Positions 36,301 through 44,218 of a stretch of DNA of 64,000 nt are shown here, one piece after another. How positions within the stretch are numbered: the first letter of the stretch is position 1; every line of letters starts with the position of its first letter. The notes beneath the pieces are model-generated. The model was not told the DNA's origin. It ran no database searches and saw only the letters and a list, made by a program, of their open reading frames with translations. The translations under genes were made by a program, and so were the position numbers. This stretch comes from Candidatus Shapirobacteria bacterium (GTDB lineage: Bacteria > Patescibacteriota > Microgenomatia > UBA12405): assembly GCA_022837635.1 (NCBI GenBank), contig JALHFY010000001.1, forward strand, positions 381,693 through 445,692, written 5' to 3'.

Positions 36301-38807
36301 CATTGACTGTTGTCAAAAAAGTTGTCAATGATAACGGTGGAGATACCACTATCAATGATTTTGAGATTAAATTAAATGACGACTTAATCACATTTGAAGA
36401 CGGAGTTGTAGATGGTACCACGACTACATACACTTCTACTCCGACAGTATCTACAAAGACAGAATATACCTTATCAGAAAAAGACCTTGAAGGATACGAG
36501 GAAGGAGATTGGAGTTGTATAGATGATACAGAGGATAATATCGCCATGCCGTTTACTTTATCGGCAGGTCAAAATGTAACTTGTACTGTCACCAATGATG
36601 ATATCTTTGGTCAAATCTCGGTCATTAAATTTAACGACGTTAATGGCAATGGTCAAATGGATGCAGGTGAAGAAACCTTGCCAAATTGGCAAATAAATCT
36701 AACTTCTCAAGATTCAAAAGTGACGAATGACGAAGGTTCAGTGGTATTTGATAAATTAATTCCCCAAACTTACTATCTTAGTGAAACTCTTCAGCCTGGT
36801 TGGACTCAAACCTCTATCAACTGTGGACAAGATCAAGTTAGAATTACCGCTCCCGGTGAAGCCTATGGTCATCACGGGGTTTGTTCTGGTTGGAATGGTT
36901 GTGAAGACGCCGCCACTTGTGCCAAATGGGCTTGTGAGGCTAAAGGTTATCAAAATTTAGTTTCCTATGGTGAAGTCAAGGGTTGTACCAAGTTTAATAA
37001 GTGTAATTTATTCTGGTCTCGCAACAAGGTTGACTATAACTGGGATAATCATTGTGATGTTTTGGGAGTTACAGACATTGTCTGTAGTAATTCCAGTTCT
37101 ACTCCCAGCCTAACTCCAATGCCAACGACTCCAACTCAAGCACAAAATGATAATAACTATCAAATTGTTTTGGACAAATCTAAAACAGTTCAATGCTACA
37201 TTGGTAATCGTTATATCACTCCTAAAATAACTCTCTCTAAGAGTAACAATGTTGGTTTGACACCTCAAAAAGTTGGGAATGAAGTTGTTTATACTCTTAA
37301 ACTTAAAGTTACCGATAATTTTGTCAAAGATTTGTCAGTAATCGATTTACCGCCAACCGGTTTTGTCTATAAAGCTGGTAGTTATCAGGCCAAAGTTAAT
37401 GGTAGTCCTGTAGCTATTGCCGAACCACAGTATCACTCTCCTGGCCAATGGTTTTTAGGTGACTTAAATAAGGATGATGAAGTGGAATTAACTTATACCG
37501 CCACGATTCAAAACTCGGTGGATCCGGGAACTTATAAAGATGCCGCCTGGGCCTATGCTTGTCAAAGCAGTACTGATTGTCAAATTGATAGTAGTGATAG
37601 AGTTTTGGCTCAAGCCGTCAATCCTGGTTATCTAAATACCACCTTTGTTGGGACTCAAGTGAAATTAATTGCCGAGGCTCCAGCTCAAGAATATTCAGTA
37701 AATAGAGAAGAAATCAAAGAAGGAGAAGTTTTGGGAGCGACGACAGGTTTACCGGCCACCGGAGCTAGTAACGGATGGTTGTGGGTCATAGGTAGTTTAT
37801 TGACCAGCGGCATGGCTTTAGTATTTGCCGGGATTAAGAAAAATAAAATCATGGCAGTCATTCTGGCCCTATTTATGGTGACTCTTTTTATTCCTAAATA
37901 TACTTTAGCGGCTGATTCGGACTTATTCATTGCCTTGGAGAGTCCAGCCAGTCCTAATAACCAAAGTAAATTTAACCTAGCTTTTACAGCTTTGGATATG
38001 TTAAATCGACCCATAGTGGTCAAGTGTTTCAAAATCAATCCGGATAACAGTGAAGTGCAATTGGGAGGCAATATTAACTTGAAAGCCGGTGGTAACTCCG
38101 GTAATTGTAGTCTGGAGAGTTCACCTTTGAGTGAAAGCGGTAAAAATTACCGATTTTATGCAGTAGCTTCAAGTGGAGCTGATAGTTACAAAAGTGAAGT
38201 GGTTTCAGTGGATTACAATACTGATTTACCGGGAGTACCAACTGATTATTCTAAAGAAAAAGAAGGCAGTTGCCGCTTTAAGCTAAGCTTTAGAGCCAGT
38301 AATGACGGAAAAACTAAAGTTGTCAGAATCTATCGTTCAGAGCAAAATAAATTTAATGCCGATAGTCACACTCAAATTGGAGAGGTGGGTATTGATCCCG
38401 GTCAATGGGGTAGCTTTACCGATGTTAATGTTCCCGATTGTAACAAAACTTATTATTACGCCATTCGGGCTTTTGATGAGGCCAATAATGGCAGTGGTTT
38501 AGCCGGTGATTCAAACACAATCGTGACGACTGTTACTACTACCACTACTACTACTGTCAATGACAGTAATATTACTGACACTACTGGGGCAATCAGAGTT
38601 GCAGATAGTAATATTCCTGGCGAAGAAGAGATAGCTAATGCCGAGGAAAGTGCCGGTGAGGAAAGTGAGACAAGTGGAGAAGGTAGTGTTTTGGGAACCA
38701 CTGAGGAAGTAGGTAAAAACAATAAAATAAAGTTGCTTCTAGTAGGGGCTCTGATATTAATCGCTATAATTGTCTATGTCAGTCGCCGTTCCCGCCGTCA
38801 AAAATAA
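30342..38807 (+). CDS. Giant modular cell-surface protein (signal peptide, P/T linker, THxN/choice-of-anchor-K-like domain, DUF11-like, tandem CnaB/SpaA-like and SdrD-B-like repeats, internal LPATG-TM, second signal peptide, FN3-like domain, C-terminal TM)
   Basis: 2821-aa ORF with TTG start; LTHFNWPI; V.NTGNV.LT; repeated L...K.V.NDNGG...Y.L.E...C...CT.TN; LPATG at 37749-37763; C-terminal TM plus RRSRRQK. Confidence 0.88.
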   Translation: MKNIFKKRVFDKLAAISAGVSLILNIFLPLLIVIPVRAEEIAASPSAEVIEATPTPEPTAAPELTPAPEVTPTLEPSLTPTETPENADVGATEAAATPTEIEAKPTIANEKNDDSDKEEVSQKFRSTLLSASQSSKSGQYSISSTNGIWTKVEGTNNYDGLNTEEIRWGSASSGSSRSGLRFDGVGTTTSFNANEKFLIGGLTHFNWPISGSAANKATLKITLNFSNPSITPSPTFTYDFGIEETTNTYNLQDCKYYGKPEQQSQTACDDVITFPNGGYGEEEYTIGDMKYTLKIDGFQNSYPDGKTVSKFITEERKNNEAFLVGHLSSVLVESPKISIIKKVNGYDANTPGEAVQVTAGETVNFTYIVQNTGNVKLTGISVTDNKGVNVSCPKTELDPGTSMTCTGSAKAIAGKYTNIGTVNTTSHPSVTASDPANYVGLVPKIKICHRTASHTSPYEVIEPDASGDLNGHVGHTGDIWFPGITVAWGDIIKPFTYYENGEQKEFTGLNWSEYGQAVYNNDCKIPQGKIIINKVLSPASNDNTEFTIVGSGTPAITGSPTFLYESGSNVGSISRNKSHTYNAMPGTYNIGETVPEGWNLVSNTCSNIEIANNETKECTITNTQDGSLTIVKKALPFGMDSFGFTLTGNGVSEQFSLVDNSGTEDASKTFSLKAGTYAVAEDNYDDWKTTASCTGGQTIDNIVLNAGDSVTCTFANTKYGSISGHKWNDASGKIEDPNTDLTPVSGWTIILKDKNGAEITRTTTDVNGYYKFTGLLPADYIVTEGLEAGWIVLAGDSRDVELNAGNNETNVDFINVKYGSIKVLKNVDVDGNGQVDTEGATDWEWLLGMDTKARIYATGETAKNLLPGVYKVSETQKNGYHITSLVCTNNGQEIVNEASESVKISLESGDNVVCTFTNTRDTGTLIVRKEVVNDNGGALTAKDFSFKIDTGKGIVFDQDPTNPLLGENTYKTFPTGTYTITELEANQRGYATSYNNCDKVEVKKGETAVCTITNNDKAAKLTVIKKVINDNGGTAKVKDFEIKLNDKDLEFKLDQGSVSKYISTYISTPEVQSNTEYKLTEIDHPGYKEGKWSCKPKKDDGTGDARPVPTKEGPSTSFTLSPGKEIVCTITNDDIAPSLQLIKKVVNDNGGTAVATDWNLKAEGLTPISGDGSAISGNKFKAGAYTLSENSAVTGYSASDWNCTNGIEVDGNNGITLGIGQSTVCTITNDDVAPTLKLVKNVDNGHGGPSNANDWTLTAKSETEEFSNLGDADTTHTVTAGVVYTLSETGPEKYEAGEWECTNNIVVDNNNGITLGLGQSTVCTITNTYSPGCIEGEGIGADIVASVTPGTRYDGNPIVNLGSEDRTKPGNALGTADDKFYSLGKDGEIELEFTGFVENVAGNDFSIHEVTWNRDSDKEEKAEVYVKNSNSDWKYLGEASSFSDGNNDGKRDGITHFDFGNTGLPWINAIKLVESSVGQDNNDDGFDLNAIVAASHVCKEPSVSQVKICKVDNKNRPLSGWDVMLKEKVDGPSLINVSNDSGTNSSDLLAGKYLIKVSGTYRYGNSSMNADAGFSYRPQGIPSGCDCWLDGHEISGGLMARVNGEAVNWGAYNDGHVYTYVYDHNGGKINISIRDNIYIDNVNNNNFQFEIFRIPEGYYGTTGNDGCVILNNVLYGDYILDEILKEGWINVSGKGSSVSVDSLEEVFTLVNREDAPVTIVATKIVCNNEADLPNWGYGAPDNITKDTASNFLASRPNCRRESGWSFQWGNDSSTNPGDTHTGEASGWHTFGPTGSDGVATVNINDFGNTSQIKVREVLKENYIPFTYLTNKNNSNNVSAEIYCHTDVLNYDNDDRFIPEYGNTYYCVAWNVEKNPLLSIVKSGAFVDGNANGFADVGETINYSFTVKNEGNVTLTNVTVTDPKVTVIGGPITLNVGQTDATTFTASYVLTQDDVDTGKVDNTATADSDESEPASDDETVTFNTKKPTLTVVKKVVNDNGGDTTINDFEIKLNDDLITFEDGVVDGTTTTYTSTPTVSTKTEYTLSEKDLEGYEEGDWSCIDDTEDNIAMPFTLSAGQNVTCTVTNDDIFGQISVIKFNDVNGNGQMDAGEETLPNWQINLTSQDSKVTNDEGSVVFDKLIPQTYYLSETLQPGWTQTSINCGQDQVRITAPGEAYGHHGVCSGWNGCEDAATCAKWACEAKGYQNLVSYGEVKGCTKFNKCNLFWSRNKVDYNWDNHCDVLGVTDIVCSNSSSTPSLTPMPTTPTQAQNDNNYQIVLDKSKTVQCYIGNRYITPKITLSKSNNVGLTPQKVGNEVVYTLKLKVTDNFVKDLSVIDLPPTGFVYKAGSYQAKVNGSPVAIAEPQYHSPGQWFLGDLNKDDEVELTYTATIQNSVDPGTYKDAAWAYACQSSTDCQIDSSDRVLAQAVNPGYLNTTFVGTQVKLIAEAPAQEYSVNREEIKEGEVLGATTGLPATGASNGWLWVIGSLLTSGMALVFAGIKKNKIMAVILALFMVTLFIPKYTLAADSDLFIALESPASPNNQSKFNLAFTALDMLNRPIVVKCFKINPDNSEVQLGGNINLKAGGNSGNCSLESSPLSESGKNYRFYAVASSGADSYKSEVVSVDYNTDLPGVPTDYSKEKEGSCRFKLSFRASNDGKTKVVRIYRSEQNKFNADSHTQIGEVGIDPGQWGSFTDVNVPDCNKTYYYAIRAFDEANNGSGLAGDSNTIVTTVTTTTTTTVNDSNITDTTGAIRVADSNIPGEEEIANAEESAGEESETSGEGSVLGTTEEVGKNNKIKLLLVGALILIAIIVYVSRRSRRQK

Positions 38808-39387
38808 GAAAACTAATATCTGGATTGTCTTGGGAGTAATATTGATGGCGTCAGCAATAATAATCGCCTATCTTACTTTTGCACCGGTATTGAAATCAGA
38901 AATAAAGTATCAATTGGTGGTAAAAAATAAAACAGTAGAAGAGAAGATAGTGCCGGTAGATACAGATTTTTCAGTGGTTATTCCCAAGATCAGAGCCAAT
39001 GCCCGAGTGGTAGAAAATGTCGATCCTTTTGACGCCAAAAATTACCAGTTGGCTTTGAGTCGAGGGGTAGCTCACGCCAAAGGAACATCAACTCCGGACA
39101 AAGGCAGTAATACTTTTTTATTTGCTCATTCAGCGGGTAATTGGTATCAAGCTAATCAATATAATGCTATCTTTTATCTCTTAAATAAATTGGAAAAAGG
39201 TGATGAAATTGTTCTTTATTTTAAGGATAAAGAATATGTTTATCAGGTAGAAGAACTCCAATATGTTGGAGGTGGAGAAACAAAATATATGAATGCTTCA
39301 GCGAAAAATAAATTAACTTTAATGACTTGTTGGCCACCAGGAACAACCTTGAAAAGATTGATAGTGATAGCTAAATTAAAAGATTAG
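38776..39387 (+). CDS. Sortase
   Basis: N-terminal TM; GVAH, N.FLFAHS, LTLMTCWPPG..KR (His-Cys-Arg triad); overlaps the end of the giant protein gene. Confidence 0.92.
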   Translation: MSVAVPAVKNKKTNIWIVLGVILMASAIIIAYLTFAPVLKSEIKYQLVVKNKTVEEKIVPVDTDFSVVIPKIRANARVVENVDPFDAKNYQLALSRGVAHAKGTSTPDKGSNTFLFAHSAGNWYQANQYNAIFYLLNKLEKGDEIVLYFKDKEYVYQVEELQYVGGGETKYMNASAKNKLTLMTCWPPGTTLKRLIVIAKLKD

Positions 39388-40004
39388 TTTAAGGGTTCGG
39401 ATTGTAAGCGTAGACAACCGGAAGGATCATTTTTGGTCAAATACTGCCAGAGAGTTTTGAAAAAGTTGTGATGATTAACAGCCAAAAGGCGATTGAGACA
39501 AACAGAACTACCTTTAACAGCAGTTTTACCTAAAGATACGACTTTATCGTAATCAGCAATAGCTTGGTTACGATCTCGTTGATAGTAATAATTATAGATG
39601 TCTCCCCTATTTCTGAGGGCAGTGGCATAATCTGGGCGAAGTTCGATAGCCCGATTTAAGTCGTTTAGAGCAGACTCGTAGTTTTGTAAGCGCATATAGA
39701 CATAGCCACGATTGTTATAAGCCTCAGCATATTTGGGGTTTAAGGTAATGGCTTGATTGAGATCTTCGATAGCTTGTTGGCAATTGCCAGACTCGTAATC
39801 ATAATCACCTAGAGTTAACCAATCGGCGGCAGTCTTTAGATTGGTAGGACGAATGGTGGTGGGTACATGGGCCCGGCCACAATGAGCATCTTTTCGAATA
39901 ATTTTTCGACCAGGATTTATAAAAGTGATGTAGACAGCGCCAAGAATTACAAAGGCAGATAAAAGCAACAAGAAAGTAAGGTTGGCAGATTTTTTTTGTT
40001 TCAT
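39384..40004 (-). CDS. TPR-repeat membrane-anchored protein
   Basis: AI.LNPKYAEAYNNRG; A.ELRPDYA.A..NRG; N-terminal TM. Confidence 0.85.
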   Translation of the reverse strand: MKQKKSANLTFLLLLSAFVILGAVYITFINPGRKIIRKDAHCGRAHVPTTIRPTNLKTAADWLTLGDYDYESGNCQQAIEDLNQAITLNPKYAEAYNNRGYVYMRLQNYESALNDLNRAIELRPDYATALRNRGDIYNYYYQRDRNQAIADYDKVVSLGKTAVKGSSVCLNRLLAVNHHNFFKTLWQYLTKNDPSGCLRLQSEPLN

Positions 40005-40036
40005 AAAATATGATAACAAAAAACTGGATGAGTGGC

Positions 40037-40660
40037 CTATTTAGTTAATTCAATTTTGGCTTGATCACGAAGTTCAGTGAACCATTTTTCAATAGCAGTA
40101 TTTTTGGCCTCGGCAGCGAGCTGCTCTTTGACATAGTTGTTTAATTCAGTGGTAGTGGAATTTTTAGGTAAATATTCTTTGTTTTCGGTGATATATTGTT
40201 TTATCTCTTCGTCGGTGACCTCAGTTGGAGCTGGACTCATTTTTTCTAAGAGTTTTTGAAGACGAACTTGAGTTTCTAGGTCAGTACGAGTTAATGATTG
40301 GGCCTCTAAAGCTTGTTCTAAGGAAAAACCCTGTTTAGTCAACTCGGCTTCATAAGTGGCAATCTGAGCGTCGATTTCTGACTGTTCAACACGAACTTTT
40401 TGCTTGGCAGCTTCCTGATCAATAAGCATTTCATTGGCCATCTGTTGGAGAGTTCTTTGGTTGTCCAAGGTCTCTAGACGTCGCCAATAGCGAAGACGAG
40501 AAATAGGTTGACCATTAACCATAGCAGCAATACCAAATTTACGGAAAGCTAAAAGAGCAATAATCAACAGTAAAACAACGATAATTGGCCGAAACGATTT
40601 TTTAATTACAGCTTGGTTGATAATAGTAGTTGTGGTTTTTTTTGGAGTGATTTTTTTCAT
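40037..40660 (-). CDS. SurA N-terminal domain / PrsA-like extracytoplasmic chaperone
   Basis: TM, AAMVNG.PIS, LI.QEA.K..V.V..EID, VTDEEI..Y..NK, W..ELR..AKIE. Confidence 0.75.
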   Translation of the reverse strand: MKKITPKKTTTTIINQAVIKKSFRPIIVVLLLIIALLAFRKFGIAAMVNGQPISRLRYWRRLETLDNQRTLQQMANEMLIDQEAAKQKVRVEQSEIDAQIATYEAELTKQGFSLEQALEAQSLTRTDLETQVRLQKLLEKMSPAPTEVTDEEIKQYITENKEYLPKNSTTTELNNYVKEQLAAEAKNTAIEKWFTELRDQAKIELTK

Positions 40661-40737
40661 GAAAAAGTATAACATCAATTTGAGAAAGTTAAACAAAGCA
40701 GACGACTGAAGAAAAATTGTAGTAAAATAGAATCTCA

Positions 40738-42321
40738 ATGGTAAAAGTTTGGACAATCAAAATTGCTGGACCGGCGGGAACTGGGATTAAATCAGTAGGA
40801 ACTTTGTTATCTCAGATTTTGAATCAAAGTGGTTATTTTTTGAAGGATTATTCGGAATATCCCTCACTGGTGCGAGGAGGCCATAATACTTATCAGGTAT
40901 CTTTTTCAAATGAAGCAGTGTTTGCGGTTCACAGAGAAATCGACTTAATGGTTAGTCTTCAAGCTGGACATTGGCAAGAGCACCAAAAAGAATTGAGTAA
41001 AAAAGCGATACTTTTAACCGATAATGACGGAGGATTACACTTACCTTTGGCGACCATGTGTACCCAACTGGGAGGAAAAATTTATGGAAATATTATTGCT
41101 TTGGGAGTCGTTTCTTTTCTATTGGATGTTAATAAAGAATTGGCTTTGAAAGTGGTGAAAAATCATTTTGGCCAAGACGAAATTGACCATAAAGCTTTTG
41201 AATTAGGTTGGAAATACGGAGCCGATAATTTTCAAAAATTAAAAATTGGCAAGGCAAAGAAATTTCGAAAAAAGAAAATGATAGTTGATGGTAACGAAGC
41301 AGTGGGATGGGGTTTATATAAGGCTGGGCTGAATTTATTTGCGGCTTATCCAATGACTCCAGCCACGGGATTACTCCATTTTTTGGCTAAAAATCAAGAT
41401 GAATTTAAGATTAGAGTTATTCATCCGGAAGATGAGATTGCGGCGGCCTCAATCGTCTGTGGGGCTTCAATGGTCGGGGGCAGAAGTGCTACCGGAACTT
41501 CTGGTGGAGGTTTTGCCTTAATGACGGAAAGTGTCAGTTTAGCCGGAGCGGCAGAATTGGGAGTGGTATTTTATTTGTCGCAACGACCGGGACCGGCGAC
41601 AGGCATGCCAACTTGGACCAGTCAAGGAGATTTATTATTTGCCGTTAATGCCGGACATGGTGAATTTCCAAAAATTGTCTTGGCACCGGGAGACCAAAAA
41701 GAATCTTTTGAGCTGGGGAAAAAATCACTCAATTTGGCCAATAAATTTGACGTACCAGTCATATTATTATCGGATAAGAATTTATCGGAATCAAGCGCTA
41801 ATGTTGATGATCTAGCGGCTGAAAAAATGGAAATTATCGAGAGTAAAAAAGCCATACCAGGTAAAGGACAAAAAATTAAACTTTACAATAGTTATGAACA
41901 TGATGAGGCAGGGTTTTCAGTTGAAGAAGCCAATAAAGCTAAAGCAAATGTTGAAACAAAACTAAAAAAAATAGAAAAGATTAAAAAATCTTTACCTAAA
42001 GTAAATTTTTATGCTTCGCCAAAGGCCAAGAAACTAATTGTTTGTTGGGGCTCGGTTAAAGGAGCGGTTTTGGAAGCGCTAAAGACAATGAAAAACAAGG
42101 AGGAATTCGCTGTCTTACAGATTGTATCTCTGTGGCCTTTAGAGGAAAATTTAGAAAAAATTATTAATTCTTTTTCGGAGCGAATTTTGATAGAAAATAA
42201 TGCTTTTGGACAATTAGGACAACTCTTAAAGTCAGTAATGACGATTGATTTTGAAAAAAGAATTTTAAGATATGACGGGAGACCTTTTTTCCCGGAAGAA
42301 ATTAAGGAGGCACTCAAATGA
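40738..42321 (+). CDS. korA: 2-oxoacid:ferredoxin oxidoreductase, alpha(gamma) subunit
   Basis: IAG.AG.GI, YPSLVRGGHN, GNEA, AYPMTPAT, EDEIAA, TSGGGF.LM.E, RPGPATGMPT...QGD. Confidence 0.9.
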   Translation: MVKVWTIKIAGPAGTGIKSVGTLLSQILNQSGYFLKDYSEYPSLVRGGHNTYQVSFSNEAVFAVHREIDLMVSLQAGHWQEHQKELSKKAILLTDNDGGLHLPLATMCTQLGGKIYGNIIALGVVSFLLDVNKELALKVVKNHFGQDEIDHKAFELGWKYGADNFQKLKIGKAKKFRKKKMIVDGNEAVGWGLYKAGLNLFAAYPMTPATGLLHFLAKNQDEFKIRVIHPEDEIAAASIVCGASMVGGRSATGTSGGGFALMTESVSLAGAAELGVVFYLSQRPGPATGMPTWTSQGDLLFAVNAGHGEFPKIVLAPGDQKESFELGKKSLNLANKFDVPVILLSDKNLSESSANVDDLAAEKMEIIESKKAIPGKGQKIKLYNSYEHDEAGFSVEEANKAKANVETKLKKIEKIKKSLPKVNFYASPKAKKLIVCWGSVKGAVLEALKTMKNKEEFAVLQIVSLWPLEENLEKIINSFSERILIENNAFGQLGQLLKSVMTIDFEKRILRYDGRPFFPEEIKEALK

Positions 42322-42938
42322 GTCAATGGTTGTCAGGCATTAAGCCAACTTGGTGCCCGGGTTGTGGCGATTATATAATTTTAGGGGCTCTAAAGACTGT
42401 CTTGGAAAAACTAAAAGTGAACCAAGATCGAACTGTAATTGTCTATGATATTGGTTGTATTGGTAATATGGCAGATTTTATCAAAGCTTGGGGTTTTCAT
42501 TCCCTACATGGGAGAAGTATTCCAACAGCTATCGGGATTAAAAATGCCAACCCAAAATTAAATGTGATTGTAGTCGGAGGTGATGGGGGAATTTATGGAG
42601 AGGGTTTGGGGCATATGATTGCGGCGGCTCGCTTAAATTTGGATATAACAGTGATAGTGGCTAATAATCAGCTTTATTCTCTAACTACAGGGCAAAGTAG
42701 TCCTACTACTCCCAAAGGGGTAAAAACTAAATCGACACCTAAAGGAGTGGAAAGTGTGCCGGTACTACCACTGGAATTGGTAAAAACAGTTAATCCTGAA
42801 GCTTTGGCACAAAGAGTTGATGGTAGTCAGCCACAAGTAGTAATGAAAGCAATAGAAGCAGCTATGAAGCATCAAGGTTTCGATCTTTTGGATATTAATC
42901 AGTTATGTGTTAGCTTTGGGAAGCAGTTGGTGCAATAA
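42318..42938 (+). CDS. korB: 2-oxoacid:ferredoxin oxidoreductase, beta subunit (short)
   Basis: PTWCPGCGD, DIGC, HSLHGR, GGDGG..GEG, NNQLYSLT.GQ.SPT, Q.CVSF. Confidence 0.9.
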   Translation: MSQWLSGIKPTWCPGCGDYIILGALKTVLEKLKVNQDRTVIVYDIGCIGNMADFIKAWGFHSLHGRSIPTAIGIKNANPKLNVIVVGGDGGIYGEGLGHMIAAARLNLDITVIVANNQLYSLTTGQSSPTTPKGVKTKSTPKGVESVPVLPLELVKTVNPEALAQRVDGSQPQVVMKAIEAAMKHQGFDLLDINQLCVSFGKQLVQ

Positions 42939-43056
42939 AATGAAAAACAAACAAAGAGAAGAAATACTAATTGTTTCCCAGGTGGGTGAAGAATTTCAGG
43001 ATGTGGAGAAACGCTATAAAAGTCTCAGAAAAATTATGAAAAACCTAAAAAAATTT

Positions 43057-43794
43057 TCAGAGGTAAGTATAAAAAATCAAAGTGCCGAGGCCTAATAAAA
43101 AAGTATAGACAGCAAAATACCATAGTTTACGACGGAGGAGGAGTTTTTGAAGCAAGTTGAGAGCTAAAAAACCAACTACAAAAGTAAAGAGAAAAATGAA
43201 AAAATACTGAGAATTAAAAAAAGAGTGAAAATCACCGTCTTTTAGAGATAAAAGTAGAGCACCCAAAGAAACAGGAATAAAGAGAGAAAAAGAAAAATTA
43301 AAGGCAGTTTGAGCCGATAAACCCAAGGCTAGAGCAGCAGCAATGGTGGTCCCTGATCGAGAAATTCCCGGTAAAATAGCCACTGCTTGAGCTAAACCAA
43401 TTAGTAAAGCTTGAGTCAAAGTAATCTCTTGTTGTTGACCGGAAGCTCTTTTAGTCGAAAGTAAAATTAGGGAATTGATAAAAAAGAAAAAAGGTAAAAA
43501 ATAGGCTCGGGTGAAAATAATTTCAAATTGATCTTTGAGAAAAAAACCAACCAGGGCAGCTGGTAAAGAGGCAACAAAAATTTGAGGTAAATGAGAGAAA
43601 AAAAAGGTAATTTTTTTTCTAAAGAAAAAAATAACTGAAACCAGAGTGGCAGTATTTAAAAAAACATCTAAAGCCAAGGAAGGTTTGAGACCAAAAATAA
43701 ACTGAAACAGATTAAGATGACCGGAAGAAGAAATAGGGAGAAATTCGGTAATTCCTTGAATTAGAGCCAAGAGATAATTTTGCCAAAGAGACAT
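43057..43794 (-). CDS. uppP: Undecaprenyl-diphosphate phosphatase
   Basis: QGITEFLPISSSGH, QA.AILPGISRSG.T. Confidence 0.94.
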   Translation of the reverse strand: MSLWQNYLLALIQGITEFLPISSSGHLNLFQFIFGLKPSLALDVFLNTATLVSVIFFFRKKITFFFSHLPQIFVASLPAALVGFFLKDQFEIIFTRAYFLPFFFFINSLILLSTKRASGQQQEITLTQALLIGLAQAVAILPGISRSGTTIAAALALGLSAQTAFNFSFSLFIPVSLGALLLSLKDGDFHSFFNSQYFFIFLFTFVVGFLALNLLQKLLLRRKLWYFAVYTFLLGLGTLIFYTYL

Positions 43795-43802
43795 GAAATA
43801 TT

Positions 43803-44216
43803 TTACCGCTTTGGAGACTGTTTTTGGCGACGAGCTTTACCACCGGTACCAACCATACGTCTTTCTCTAACTCGGGAATCGACTGTAAGTAGACCAGCCT
43901 GAGATAAGAGAGAAGTATAATTGGCATCTTTTTTCTTGAGAGCACGGGCTAAAGCTAAAAGTAAAGCTTCTAATTGACCATTTTTACCACCACCAATAAT
44001 TTTGGCGGTGTAATGAAACTTGTCTTCAGTTTTAGTCACAGCAAAGGGTTGATTTAAGAGAGCAAAAGTAGTTGGAAAATAATTTTGAGGACTACGACCG
44101 TTGATAAGAGACTCCCCTTTTCGATTAAAAAGTTTGACAGTAGCTACCGCGGCTTTACGACGACCAAGAGCGTAAATATAAGTAGCAGTGGATTTAGAAG
44201 AAGGAGTTTTTGCCAT
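43803..44216 (-). CDS. rpsI: 30S ribosomal protein S9
   Basis: GRRKAAVA.V, GGG..GQ, LLT.D.R..ER, C-terminal QSPKR. Confidence 0.95.
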   Translation of the reverse strand: MAKTPSSKSTATYIYALGRRKAAVATVKLFNRKGESLINGRSPQNYFPTTFALLNQPFAVTKTEDKFHYTAKIIGGGKNGQLEALLLALARALKKKDANYTSLLSQAGLLTVDSRVRERRMVGTGGKARRQKQSPKR

Positions 44217-44218
44217 AA

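Noticed and set aside
38524-38557. ACT-type trinucleotide run as a phase-variation tract
   Set aside because: In-frame, degenerate poly-Thr linker; slippage would not switch expression.
42940-43095. 51-aa ORF directly after korB
   Set aside because: No motif and overlaps the convergent uppP end by 39 nt; could be real but is unsupported.
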